DNA of 64,000 nucleotides from Octopus vulgaris (lineage: Eukaryota). Below, piece by piece: positions 12,494 to 25,487 of this stretch. Numbering within the stretch: the stretch's first letter is position 1; each line of letters starts with the position of its first letter. Position numbers and translations under genes: made by a program. The notes beneath the pieces are model-generated. The model was given only the letters and a program-made list of their open reading frames with translations, ran no database searches and was not told where the DNA came from. The stretch is taken from assembly GCA_951406725.2 (NCBI GenBank), contig OX597819.1, positions 61,690,001-61,754,000 of the forward strand, given 5' to 3'.

Positions 12494-13227
12494 AGATATA
12501 TACATGCGTAGTGTTTCGTGTTCTGTGCATGCGCGTATCTGTGAAGAGGAGGTGGAGAGAGTGAAGGTGAGAGAAAAAGTAGCTAAAGAGAGAGACAGAG
12601 AGAGGGAGAAAGAGTGAGAGAGGTGGGGATTTTTGTAAAAAGAGAGGAAAGACCTTAAGTTATCAAATTTGTCATGAGATAAGAATCCGAATTACCAAGT
12701 CCCTGACTTCACACCATATCGGTATCAACAGTGAATTGCTTAAGATATGCTGCTGGCTCGGTGTTAAACGTCTTGATCTTTGCTAAACATAGTACAATGT
12801 TTGTGTGTGTGTGTGTGTGTACATCGGTCGACCATTAACATGCTTTCCCAGCTTATCAAGTTTTTTTTTTAACTAGTAAATCGCACTTTCACCTCTGATG
12901 GTTCACTGCCTTCAACAAGCTGAGCGCTATTTAAACTGTTGCCTGACAGTTTTTAATCATATGCCTCCCATTTAACTCTGTTGTTGTCTTATTAGTTTCC
13001 ATTATTTTTGTAGTTGTTGTTATTGTTGTTTTCATTATATTTTCATTAATTATTATTTACTTATTTTTGTTTTCCTTCCTCCTGTAATTTTTTCTCGTTT
13101 TGTCTCTTATGTTCACAGCTAAATATACCAGCGATGTGTAAACAGGAATTCAAGCTAGCGGGTCGTTGACAAAAGATATCAGACAGAATAGTATTTAAAT
13201 TATTGTTGGATAAAGGAGTGTCCGTTA

Positions 13228-13288
<61 letters not shown>

Positions 13289-13384
13289 ACACCACGACCA
13301 CCACCACCATTGGCTCACAGTATTCTGAACCTGACTGTTGTACTTCAGTGTAGTTTAAACTCGTAACCCGACAAATTGCTTACT

Positions 13385-13632
13385 CTTTTCTCTTTTTACT
13401 CTTTTACTTGTTTCAGTCATTTGACTGCGGCCATGCTGGAGCACCGCCTTTAGTCGAGCAAATCAACCCCAGGACTTATTCTTTGTAAGCCTAGTACTTA
13501 CCCTATCAGTCTATTTTGCCGAACCGCTAAGTGACGGGGAGATAAACACACCAGCATCGGCTGTCAAGCAATGCTAGGGGGACAAACACAGACACACAAA
13601 CATACACACACACATACCCATATATATATATA
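13385..13632 (-). mobile_element. SINE family B, 3' half
   Basis: Reverse complement of the family-B tail up to the internal (TA)n/(TG)n tract. Confidence 0.9.
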
Positions 13633-14132
13633 TAAAGGCATTTTTCAAATACGCCAGCCAAGATAAGTTAAAAATTGTCTAAAGTCGTAAGATGCCCGCT
13701 GTTTTTGTCCTGCTTACCATTCTTATTTTTTATTTCTATTTTTTGTTTCTTGTATTTATATTCGTGTGGCACCCTGTCTTTGTTTCGTATACATTCGATC
13801 CTCTTTCCAAGAAATCTAATGCCTGTGGCTTAGTTTTTCATTGGGGCTGGCCGGTTCGGAGTGATATCGAGATTAAACAGCCGAAATCGACTGTCGCAGG
13901 CGTTACGTTCCAAAATCGCAGCCCCCACCCCCGCGATAAGTGAAAATCCGTGAAGTAGAAACAGCACTGTACTGTATATTTTTATAATTACTTTTATAGT
14001 TTGTATGTATTTCATTTATTATAAATGCAAAACAACACCACACAGTCGTTTTCCATACAATATGTACGATTCTTTGTTTATTTATCTACAGTACACTATG
14101 TATTTTCTTCTGATATATTTTTATTAATATGG

Positions 14133-14437
14133 GCTGGCCAAAGCCTTGTGAGTGGATTTGGTAGACGGAAACTGAAAGAAACCCGTAGTATATATGTATA
14201 TATGTGTGTATGTATGTGTGTGTGTATATGTTTGTGTGTCTGTTTGTCCCCCACCCCCCAATATCGCTTGACAACCGATGCTAGTGTGTTTACGTCCCCG
14301 TAACTTAGCGGTTCGGCAAAAGAGACGGATAGAATAAGTACTAGGATTACAAAGAATAAGTCCTGGGGTCGATTTGCTCGACTAAAGGCGGTGCTACGGC
14401 ATGGTCGCAGTCAAATGACTGAAACAAGTAAAAGAGT
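14133..14437 (+). mobile_element. SINE family B, 5'-truncated
   Basis: CCAAAGCCTTGTGAGTGGATTTGGTAGACGG...internal microsatellite...GAAACAAGTAAAAGAG; inverted relative to 13385-13632. Confidence 0.9.
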
Positions 14438-15911
14438 ATTGGCACAAGGCCAGCAGTTTCGGAGATGGTGGGTAAGACAATTACATCGACCCCGAGAGGA
14501 TGCAGGGCAAAGTGGACCTGGTCACTTTGAACATAAATCGCATACAATATTATGTTCGGATACGGCCAGTTTAGAAAATGCTTCCCCTTGTCCGACGATT
14601 GTAAAATCTAGATTGTACATTGTTTTATATCTTCTCTTAAACAGATGTTAACTTAGGCCAAAGTACTTATGGTTGAATCATTCAGATGGACTGAATGAGT
14701 ATCTCTGTTGTTAAAAACTGATTGAAGTTTAGCCGGATCCCAATGTGTATAATCATCATTGTTTCGCTAAAGTGGAATATGATAGATTATAATAGATTAT
14801 AATCTATGCGTACGTACTTTATTAGTGTCGAGTTAATGAGAAAGGAGTGTTCAGTAAATGTAAAAGATACAGCATTTTTGTTTTTGTTTTTTTCTTGTTG
14901 TTTTTTTATTACTAAAATTGAAGCTGAGCGTTTGTCTCACGACTTGAGTTTTACGCCAGTGCGATCGTCAGTGAACGACGGTAAATAAATTAATGAAAAA
15001 TAACTTAAAATAATGGAGTTGGCCAACATACTCAATATTGTGAACGAATTGCTTGTGATGTATGAAATAGTAATAGTGAAAATAACGCTTGAGTTTTATG
15101 TCATGACAAAGCTAAAAGGTTCGATAGTACCATGTTACACTGTGTAAATCAAACAGGCTACGTGTGACCTAGGAATAGTACGAATATTTGACGACAATGA
15201 GAGATCAGTTGACTGGTGTTGTTTACAATAGACTTTGTCACATAATCGGAAACGGTTGAGTCCTTTTCGTTTATCGAAGATCTAAATTTCACTTTTAATC
15301 CGAAAACTTTCAGGTGGTGGATTAATGAAGTCAGTTGAACATAATGATAATATGCAATACGGTCACAAGTTCAGGACTTGTTGTTCTGAGTTCACATTTG
15401 GGCGAGATCAACTTAGAGATTGAGGATTCTTTTTTTTTTTTTCGGGGTCGATAACATGAAGTATCAATCAAGTGTGGTCTATTCGCTGGGTTGTTAGGGA
15501 TGCTTTGTGATTATATTTCCTGGTTCTCTGGGTTCTTACTTCAAATTCGACCTATGTCACCCTTACCTTTGTTATTCATCCTTTCGGGTTCGATATAAAT
15601 GAAGTACCAGTCAAACGTAGTGGATTGTTAGAGATGCAATGCAATATCTCTCGTGTTGCTCTGAGTTCAAATTCCACCCAAACCCAATATTGCCTTTTTC
15701 TCTCATCTTTTCCTGGTGACAGCCAATAAAAATGAAGTGCCTATTCAAGGATGATGGATTAACAGAATTAACAAATTTCTCTCACTCTTTCTTCTTTTGG
15801 CCTGCTCACTTAGCCAGTGGGGTGGCATCATTTGAAGGCTAAAACAATGCGAAGCGCATTGTGACCAGCGATGTGTAGCAACATCTGAGAGTCTGGTCGA
15901 TCACGGTGAGT

Positions 15912-15984
<73 letters not shown>

Positions 15985-15988
<4 letters not shown>

Positions 15989-16121
15989 GATGTGTTTCTT
16001 TCAGTTTCCGTTTACCAAATCCACTCATAAGGCTTTGGTCGGCCCGAGGCTATAGTAGAAGACACCTATCCAAGGTGCCATGCATTGGGACTGAACTCGG
16101 AACCATGTGGTTGGTAAGCAG
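15985..16121 (-). mobile_element. SINE family B, 5' part
   Basis: Reverse complement of the head/CORE region (CCTTGGATAGGTGTCTTCTACTATAGCC). Confidence 0.8.
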
Positions 16122-16526
16122 TATGTATGTATGTACGTACGTACGTACGTATGCATGCTTGAATGCATGTATGTAATTTTATGCACGCTGTATTAAAATA
16201 GAAGCTAGTAATCGTTTCTTGCTATTGAGATTCGTGTTTAGGCATGTTATAAGAATCTGCCTCACCAAGTGTCTCAGTTGCAAAAAACTACTGGTACCTC
16301 TGATTTTAATACTGTGTACGTTAAATATGACATAAGTTCGGTCGTGTCATTCTCTTGTTTATCTGGAGTTTCGTCTGTAAGTTCACATGGTCATTAAGGC
16401 AGGTTAAGACAAAATATTAATCTCTACTATAGTGTTAAGTATTCTTTCTACCTAAAGTCAAAACTAAATATGTTTATGTGTATGTATGCATAAATACACT
16501 CACACATGCACACACACGTATGCACG

Positions 16527-16561
<35 letters not shown>

Positions 16562-17310
16562 ATACATGCATACATGTATACATACATACATACATGTGTG
16601 TGTGTGTCACAGCAGTACAGATCTTATTGAAAACTTCAGCAGATGGTTCAAACTTAATCACCACAATAGTATAGCAAGAGGGTGTGTCTCCCGGGGTAGA
16701 CCACATCCTCACCCTTCCCTCCACCCCCACGCTACTTTTACCATGCTGTCACAGAACTTACTGGACTAAATAACTCTTAGATGAAGAGTTATGTAGTCCA
16801 TAAGTAGGTTCAAATTTGCCAGGAATCTAATGTCTTAGACACTGTGTGTTCCAGTAACGTGAAGATCTGAAATACCAAATTTGCGGTTTACGAGTGCACG
16901 TAGACGCACTTTCTGAGTGAAAGCAGATGACTGAGTTAATAAGCAACAGCTCGCATAGCCCGAAATTGGTCTTCCCTTCACTGGTATACCTATACACGTT
17001 TATCACGGGGTGTTGGTTCCAGAAAAAGGAAAACCAAAATACAAAAAAAAAAGTGATAAATGAATCATCACCGTGCAGTTTGTAAATGGAATGAATGGTA
17101 AATTCGTTGATACTAAACTCGCGGCTTACAGTAGTGAAGATTATTATGCGTTTTCTTGATCATCTCTACCTTTTCAATTAAAGAACACATTCGTATGCGT
17201 CCTTTGTTAGGATCAGACGCCTTCGTACTTTTTTTTTTTCTTTTCACTAATTCCACCTTGTAAATCCGTTTAAAAAAATACGCCGCCTGGCAGTGCGGTG
17301 CTTACATGAC

Positions 17311-17579
17311 CACTGGCTCGGGAACGAAATTTGCTCAGGTGGTGCAAACCCAGGCCCAAAAATTTTTACAAACAAGGTCTTTTTCCTTTTATTTATTTAT
17401 TTCTTTTCTTTCTTTTTTTAGAAGAAATCTAACTTTGAGCTACTTTTTACAGATCTCTGTCTATTCACTGTTTTCTAAATCCGAGAAAAGTAAGTAGGGG
17501 TGCAAATTTTGATTTTGCACACCATTAAAATTTTATAGGGTGCGCTCACACCCCTGCACCCCCTGTTCCCGGGTCTATG
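17311..17579. mobile_element. hAT-type MITE with 8-bp TSD
   Basis: TIRs CACTGGCTCGGGAAC / GTTCCCGGGTCTATG; perfect 8-bp TSD TACATGAC at 17303-17310 and 17580-17587. Confidence 0.9.
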
Positions 17580-17996
17580 TACATGACCGTTATAGTCAGT
17601 GTATTCTGGGCAACTGAGCATTATCGATGGTTCCTGGGGCATGCGTTTTATGACACAAGCAGAATCTTTGGCTGATCGCCGAGCCTTGTTATTACAAATC
17701 AGATCAATTCATGACAAGAGGAACGTTGTTCACAATTGATCGTGTCGTGGTTTCCCGAATCAGTGATGAATGAATCAGTGATGACGGAGGTAACATGTAC
17801 AGTGTTTTGTGAATTGCTGAATCCGTTGATCGTCTTAGAGTGAAATAAGTCTTCGTTGTAATTTGAGGTATGCTATTAATTTGAGCAGTATTTCTTTACC
17901 TTTTAGAGCTGAGTTTAAACCCACCACCACCACCAGTGGCTATAGTTTAGATAGGAACAAACTATAGCAAACTGTGGTCTGTAGATATACAGACAA

Positions 17997-18322
17997 AGCA
18001 CGCAGCTTTGGGGTTAGGGCATTCAGATCCTGATTGTTAGGTTGCGTGTTCGATTCCCGGCAGTGCATTGTGTCCTTGAGCAAGACACTTTATTTCACGC
18101 TGATCCAGTCCACTCAGTTGGTAAAAATGAGTTTGAGTTGTACCTGTATTTCAAAGGGCCAGTCTTGTCCCATTCTGTGTCATGCTGAACCTCCCTGAGA
18201 ACTACGTGAATGGTATGCGTGTCTGTGAAGTGCTCAATCACTTGCTCGTCAATTTCACGAGCACGTGTTTCCGTTGATCGGTATCAACTGGAACCCTCGT
18301 CGTCGTAATCGACGGAGGGCCA
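17997..18322 (+). mobile_element. CORE-like SINE (head shared with family C, different tail)
   Basis: B-box GTTCGATTCCC; TTGTGTCCTTGAGCAAGACACTT CORE-like segment and CCACTCAG.TGGTAAAAATGAG shared with 45110-45355. Confidence 0.75.
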
Positions 18323-18918
18323 ATTTTAAATATATAGAGTCGTCAGTCGTGTTCCTTGCAGGATTTTACACCACTCTTAAAAGAAAGAATTTCGTAGAAT
18401 TGTTAGGGTGTGTAAGCGTTAAAAAAAAATGGTGGAAAAGTCTCCGTCTGTTATTAAAAGATGGGTTTCGTGGTATGTGAAGAGATTGTAAGAAAAATTG
18501 ATTTTTGCGGTCACAAATGCTTGATAAGGTTAGAGATAATTTACCCTACATCAATTTGTGTTTCCTCTAAAACCAAACTACGCAATAATTTCCGTTAATT
18601 TATCTATCATCAAATATAGACGTTAGACGTAATTCTTTAACTTTAGTCGTGTGTTATTACACAAAGGGTTGAAATCAAACTTATTGCTCAACAGAAATCT
18701 ATAAATCCTCCTTTCTATATACATGATGGAGAATCAATCAAAGAAATATTACTTTCGAGAAACCTCTTTCTTTCAAGCAAAAGCTAATCGATATCATTTT
18801 TTTCTCCCTTTTTTCATTCTAAGCTGAAATTATTTCTGACAGTTTGTGCGTGACTGGGGCGAGCAATAACATCTACGAAACATTTCTGATTTTACAAGAT
18901 TCCTTAAGTAAATAATGT

Positions 18919-19001
18919 CTTGTTGCTGTTGTTGATGATGTTGTTGTTGTTGTTGTTGTTGTTGTTTGATGATGATGATGATGATGACGATGGTGATGAT
19001 G

Positions 19002-19033
<32 letters not shown>

Positions 19034-19059
19034 GATGATGATAACGATGATGATGATGA

Positions 19060-19098
<39 letters not shown>

Positions 19099-19126
19099 TG
19101 ATGATGATGACGACGACGACGACGAC

Positions 19127-19181
<55 letters not shown>

Positions 19182-19800
19182 AGGAGGAGGAGGAGGAGGA
19201 GGAGGATGACGATGATGATGTCACTGTTGTTTACCTTATAAATTTCTCGTCCTTCGTTTCTTACAACAGTCTTGTACTTCTTCAACACCGCCATCTACAA
19301 AAATATTCTGGTCTCTCTTTCGCAATCCACTTCATGTTTTTCGGCTGTTTTCGTTTTCTTCTTCTTCATTCCCTCTTTTCTCTCTCTCTCTCTCTCCCTC
19401 CCTCCCTCTCTCTCTCTCTTTCTCTCTCTCACACACACACACAAACACCCACACACTGTTTTCTTTTTCTTCTTTAACTTCTACTTCTTTTCACTTACTT
19501 TTTCTGTTGTTTCCTCATTTCCTTTTCCTTCATCTCTTTCTTCGTGTTTTTCTTTCACTTCATTTCCTCTTCGACATCATCATGATCATCATCAGTATCA
19601 TCATTATCCTCATCATCCTCATCATCATCTTCTTCTTCTCCCTCTTCTTTTTCTTCTTTTTCTTCTTCTTCTTCTTCCTCTTCTTCTTCTTTTCCTTCTT
19701 TTTCTTCTCTTCCTCCTCCCCTCCTTCTCTTTCCTCTTCTTTGTGATCATTCTGCACTCCCCCTCCTCCTCCTCCTCTGCCACCGCCGCCTTCACTCTCA
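18919..19800. repeat. Compound trinucleotide microsatellites (GTT, GAT, GAC, GAG, CAT, CTT)
   Basis: Directly visible arrays; they generate the spurious poly-D/M/I/L ORFs. Confidence 0.95.
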
Positions 19801-20469
19801 GTTAAATATTGTGTTAGGTTTTATGTAATAATAAGTCTTTACAAATGTTGCGTATATATATATATATATACACACACACTCGTATATCCAGTTGAAATGA
19901 TATGGTCAAAGGCGATGAAGGAATCAAATAGTCTAACATGAGTACTTTTACTTCTTAAACATGTAAACGTGACTTAACTGTAATTGAAGCCTTCTTTCAT
20001 TGTGCATTGCCATGTATGTATGTATGTACGCATGGATTGATGGATGGATGGATGACAACAATGACGATAGCGAAGATAACGACGATGTCGGCGACTTCGG
20101 CGACTACTTAAGAAAAAAAATAACAGAAAATCTGTGATGAAAAACTAGTGATACCATATACTATAAATTTTGCTGGAATAAAATCTTCTGTAAGATTATA
20201 TGGAAATTACTGGCACCAACTTCACAAAAAGTATTTGCACACGCAATTGTTTTCAAGTTTTCTATCAAAATATATCAAAGGTGTTTAGCCTTTTAATAAT
20301 TACATTCTATTTTCGTTTCATGCTTATTTATTGAGATGCTTTGAATTTTTATTGTTGTCGTTGCTGTTTGTGCCTTTTCGAGCTATTCCTGGCTCATAAT
20401 CATTGGCTTATAGGATTCCCACCTGGACGGGGACACCAGTCCGTCGCAGGTGAGCTGCTAGCCCTTGAG

Positions 20470-21290
20470 AATGAATGAAACTAAAAATAGGTGGATAAAG
20501 AAAAGAATGCATGGAAAATTTTATAGGGATGTTGAAGACAAAAAGAAAGATGGCTATGGATGACTAAAAGTGATTTAAAGCCAGAAACGGAGGCTCTAAT
20601 CTATGCTTCCCAATAGCAAGCATTAAGAACCAATTACATCAAATACAGAATAGACAACACATCAGAAAGTGATAAGTGCAGAACTTGTAGACAAAATAGT
20701 GAAACCGTATGGCATATTACCAGCCAATGTACTCCAGTAGCCCAGAAAGAATATAAAAGACGTCATGACAATACAGCAAAGATTGTCTATTGGACACTTT
20801 GCAACAAATATAGACTCGACAGAGCAAAAAAGCTGCACGAACATAAACTTGGAGGCATCATTGAAAATGATAATGCAAAGATCCTATGGGATTTTATGAT
20901 TCAGTGCGACTATGAGATAGAGAATAGGAAGCCAGACATAGTATTAATTGAGAAAGAAGGCAAACGATGCTGGATCATAGATATAGCATGTGCAGCTGAC
21001 AACAAGGTATGCGATAAGGAAGAAAGAAAAGTCGATAGATATGACAGGTTAGCTTGCGACGTTAAGCAGTAATTGTCGGAGCCCTAGGAACAGTGAGTAA
21101 AAATCTTGAGAAGTACAAGGAACAAATATGGGGGGGGCTGCAATAAGGGTGGAGCACTTGCAGAAAGCAGCACTGATTGGAACTGCTCGAATACTCCGGA
21201 TAGTGCTCAAAAAATAAGGAGTGTTTAGTTCACTGGTAGTGAACAGCTGGCACCATAATACATCTCCAGCGTTAGAAGCTGTGCAAGGAC
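20470..21290 (+). mobile_element. R4/Dong-like non-LTR retrotransposon, 5'-truncated (second copy)
   Basis: Same family as 7897-8815 (WMTKSDLKPETEALI, CRTCRQNSETVWHITSQC, KILWDF, RKPDIVLIEK); stops and frameshifts; the 3' UTR runs directly into (AAT)n. Confidence 0.9.
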
Positions 21291-21345
<55 letters not shown>

Positions 21346-21389
21346 GTAATAATAATGATGATGATGACGACGACGACGACGATGACGAC

Positions 21390-21545
21390 ATGGGTCCCGG
21401 TACATTGCAGCAGATCTTCGTTACTATTTATCAAGTACTCGGCAAGCGCACTCCTTTCACTCCTTATACAATAGTCTATATTAATCAGTAATCTGCTACC
21501 ATTCTTTCTTTTCATATACAGTCTGTTTACGTTTGCAGTTAACAC
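21390..21545 (-). mobile_element. R4/Dong-like ORF fragment
   Basis: ANVNRLYMKRKNGSRLLINIDYC resembles the R-L-Y-x-x-R-x-x-G-G-R-G-L motif downstream of the RT in this clade; sits between TAA arrays. Confidence 0.65.
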
Positions 21546-21578
21546 ATTATTATTATTGTTATTATTATTATTATTGTC

Positions 21579-21664
<86 letters not shown>

Positions 21665-21977
21665 CATTTCCATTAATTATTATTAAAAGGTATTGTTAAA
21701 TGTTGTTTGGTTTCAACTTTTGCCTCGTACTTGATATAATCATAAATATGTGAGTGTTGAAGGGAATAGTAGGAAGAAGAGCAGCAGCTTGGTGAATAGA
21801 CCAAATTCTACAGGTCCGTAAAATGATTCGTGAGGAGATGGTGAGGAGGTCAGCAATGGACATTCCTGTGCAATAAAGAGATAAAAGAGGCTTCACACCC
21901 TTTGGGTCAGCAGAGGTCAAATGTGTTTACTACTACAAGCGATCAATGAGAGCCCTGACCTTGGCCTTGAAAAGAAG

Positions 21978-22049
<72 letters not shown>

Positions 22050-23709
22050 TAATGTTCACATCGTTGAATTTTTGAAATTCAAAATTTTTTGTTTTTTTCC
22101 CCTTTTCTTTTTATAAGTTTTGCTGTGGTCTACAGTTTTTGTAATTTTGCAGTTTGTTTATATTGGCAGGTGCTTACATCCTTATTTTTTCTCTCTCGTG
22201 CATTTAATTGTGTTGTTGCAATAAAAGGTATGATTACTTATTCGGGTATTTCGGGAGAAAAGAAAGAATGGATATTCACATAAATTGTAGATATTAAAGT
22301 TTTAAAATTTACTAAAGATGGTCTTTTGTATGTTCAATCAGAGAAGACTGCAGTGTTCTTAGAATAAAAGGATGCTTACATTTTCGAATACTCAGGGAGA
22401 AAGGAAAGGATGGGTATTCACAGAAGTTGTAGATGTTAAAGTTTTTAAAGCTGATCGTTTGTGTGTTTGAAAACTGTAGATATATAAGTTGCTTGACTTA
22501 TTTTGAGAGTAATTTAAAATACTCACAGGAAATCGTAGATATTCTAATCTTTGAGAGTTATTTTTCCGTTGTCCTGCTGGGTTGTATTAGTGTTTCTGTG
22601 TCTTCAGCTGCTGACTAGTCACAGCAGCGAAGAACATGTCCTGGCGCTGTCAAGGCTGGCGCTATGTACCCAGTAAAGTTATGCAGGAGGATGGAAAAGT
22701 AACGATACTCTGGGACTATGATTTTCAGACGGAAGAAAAGGTATTTAGGACTACATTATTTGTCGGGCCTTCTCCCTTTCCTAAAACGTTAGAGTGTGAT
22801 TTCAGGAATGTCTAACTGCTATATCGTGCGGATCGAGTGACTTCCAATAAACTTCCCGGTTGACTCCAGTCGACAGCTAATTTGTACTGCAATGGAATCT
22901 CCTTGTAATATATGCATGCGCGCGCGTGTGTGTACACAGATATACAAACATGCACATACACCCACATACACACATGTGCGCGCGCATAGATGAAGTGAAA
23001 AACGATTAACGAAAAGGGAAAATTAACATGAAATAGCTCTCGTCAGCCAAGGTATTCAGAATCAGTCTAGTTTCAGCACGCTTAGATTAAGCCTGGTCAC
23101 GTAATCCCATGAAGATACTCCTCTGGATGCGCTTGTGTTGTAAGAATCACTGGGATATTACAAAGAAAAGACTTAGAACAAGAAGAGCAGCAATATACGG
23201 GTGAGGAAGAAAATCAAGGACAAATAGTTACATGTAATATAATTCAACGAGAAACAGAATTCAGACATGTATTGTCATTCAACTTCACATCGAAAACAAA
23301 CAAAGAATACTTGCTTGAATGGAAGAATGGCGATAACACTTTCGATCTTGAAGCTATATGGGAAAAACATGATAGAAAAGCGGAAAGAAAGATAATGAGG
23401 AGAAAGAAAGAGTGAGAGTTAATAAAAGCAGATATCAAAAGTCATTGACAGAGAGGGACAGAAAGAGGTAGGGAGATAAAAAGATATAAATACGACTTAC
23501 GTCGGAATACGGACTAAGAACGTGTGAACTGGGCGAAGTTCAACGTGAGAAAGGGTAAATTAACAAGTCAATTTTAATTTCACTAATTGATATTCTGTAA
23601 ATTAGAAACAAGCTAGCTACAACACATCTGACAGATTCTTTGATTGAGAATTAAATTTATATTAGTGTTTGTATATAAAGACAATTTAACATTAAACCGA
23701 AGGACTATT

Positions 23710-23971
23710 ACTCTTTTACTCGTTTACTCTTTTCAGTCATTTGTTTCAGTCATTTGACTGTGGTCATGCTGGAGCACTGCCTTTAGTCAAGCAAATCGAC
23801 CCCAGGACTTATTCTTTGTAAGCCTAGTACTTATTCTATCGGTTCCTTTTGCCGAACCGCTAAGTTACGGGGAGGTAAACATATCAGCATCGGTTGTCAA
23901 GCGATGCTGGGCGGGGTGGGGAGACAAACACAGACACACACAAACACACACACACAAACACACATACACAC

Positions 23972-24026
<55 letters not shown>

Positions 24027-24205
24027 TACATATATACATATATACGACGGGCTTCTTTTAGTTTCTATCTACCAAATCCACTCACAAGGCTTTGGTTAGG
24101 CCGAGGCTATAGTAGAAAACACTTTCCCAAGGTGCCACGCAGTGGGACTGAACCCGGAACCATGTAGTTGGTAAGCAAGCTACTAACCACACAACCACTC
24201 CTATT
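23710..24205 (-). mobile_element. SINE family B, full length
   Basis: Complete head-CORE-microsatellite-tail on the minus strand. Confidence 0.92.
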
Positions 24206-24332
24206 TTTAGTAGGGTACACTAGAAAGTCCACTCGTTTTGGCTGTACTGAGGAAACAGAACTAATTTCTGTAGGCTGATCTGAAAATGACAAATGAAGAG
24301 ACGCCCAGAAAGATTTGCAAAGCATCGATATA

Positions 24333-24549
24333 CGAAGGAGTACTGAAGAGTTCCTAACTTGGGGTAAAAGAAAATACAGGAGGATCAGTTAATTATGATT
24401 TTATTCAACATATTCCCCTTTCAGATTCACACACTTATTGCTGCGGTCTTTCGGCTTTTCTAAACCCTGCAAAAGAACTCGAAAGGTTGGGTCTCCAACC
24501 AAACCTTTCGCGAGCGCCTTAGAGCCAGGAACTTTTCAGCACCCCTTCA
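24333..24549. mobile_element. Mariner-type MITE with TA TSD
   Basis: Left end TA|CGAAGGAGTACTGAAGAGTTCCT; right end (reverse complement) TA|TGAAGGGGTGCTGAAAAGTTCCT; internal hairpin CGAAAGGTT..AACCTTTCG. Confidence 0.85.
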
Positions 24550-24757
24550 TATATATGTGGTTTGTCAAATGTGACTCAGAGTATCAGCAGAGTGAAATGT
24601 CGCCTTTCAGTAAGTAATTAAACATTCCAGCTTTGCAGTACGTATTTTATAGTTATTATATTTCATATGTTAAAAACACACCATGCATAAAAATAAATAA
24701 ATAATGGAGTATGTTATAGGAAGTAATGTAACCCAGAACAGACGATATAAGAAATAA

Positions 24758-24948
24758 TCTTTTCTATAAAAGCACAAGGCCTGGAATTTGGGTTGGGGAA
24801 TGTGTGCTTGACTGGTACTTAATTCGTCGATCCCGAAAGGATGGAAGGTAAAGTCGATCTTGGCAGAATTTGAATTCAGAACGTAAAGGTGAACGAAATA
24901 CTACGAAACATTTTGCCTGGCGTGCTAACAATTATGCCAGCTCACAGC
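24758..24948 (-). mobile_element. SINE family A, old monomer
   Basis: Diverged reverse-complement family-A sequence; a similar one lies at 25510-25720. Confidence 0.8.
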
Positions 24949-24998
24949 TCTAACAAGGTAAGAGATAATACATTACATATTTGCTAACTCACTCGTTG

Positions 24999-25042
24999 AG
25001 TAGAGCGGCGCAGTGGAAGTGTGCTGGACCGATAACCCAAGG
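24999..25042 (+). pseudogene. Initiator tRNA-Met 5'-half pseudogene
   Basis: AGTAGAGCGGCGCAGTGGAAGTGTGCTGGACCGATAACCCAAGG versus tRNAi-Met AGCAGAGTGGCGCAGCGGAAGCGTGCTGGGCCCATAACCCAGAGG; the 3' half is absent. Confidence 0.75.
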
Positions 25043-25189
25043 AGAGGCATATCATAACCCAAATATCGCAGCGGATAAAGTTGGCCAACACCAAGAGGTA
25101 TTTTCGCTTAGAGCCATCGATTTCTGCAAACATTGTAAATTATATTGAATTCTTTTGGAGTAAGCTTTTCTTAACTACTAGGCCATGTG

Positions 25190-25487
25190 CCTCCACATGG
25201 CCTAGTAGTTAGAGCAGCGGTCGAGGGATCGTGGGTTCGAATCTCAGACAGGGCGATATGTGTGTTTATGAGTGAAGCACCTAAGTTCCACGCGGCTCCG
25301 GCAGAAGATAATGGCGAACTTCTGCTGACTCTTTCGCCACGACTTTCTCTCACTCTTTCCTCCTGAATCTAACAGCTCATCTGTTAAGGACCGGCGTCCT
25401 GTCCAGGTGAGGAGCCTATACGCCAATGAAACCGGAAAACCTGCCTTTATGAGCCAGGCATGGCTCGAGAAGGAACAAACAACAACA
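25190..25487 (+). mobile_element. SINE family C (V-domain-like tail)
   Basis: A box TGGCCTAGTAG, B box GGTTCGAATCTC; GACCGGCGTCCTGTCCAGG resembles the V-SINE domain; inverted copy at 63003-63305. Confidence 0.8.

Noticed and set aside
13060-13230. Polypyrimidine tract plus CAG as a possible splice acceptor (similar at ~39510)
   Set aside because: No convincing open exon or donor downstream; such motifs are common in AT-rich DNA.
14934-14978. Minus-strand CTGACGA..CGC ACTG GCG..TAAAACTCAAGTC hammerhead-like motif
   Set aside because: GAAA core disrupted and stem I out of register; at best a dead relic, so not called as a feature.
24340-24356. CTGAAGA motif
   Set aside because: Part of the mariner MITE terminal inverted repeat.
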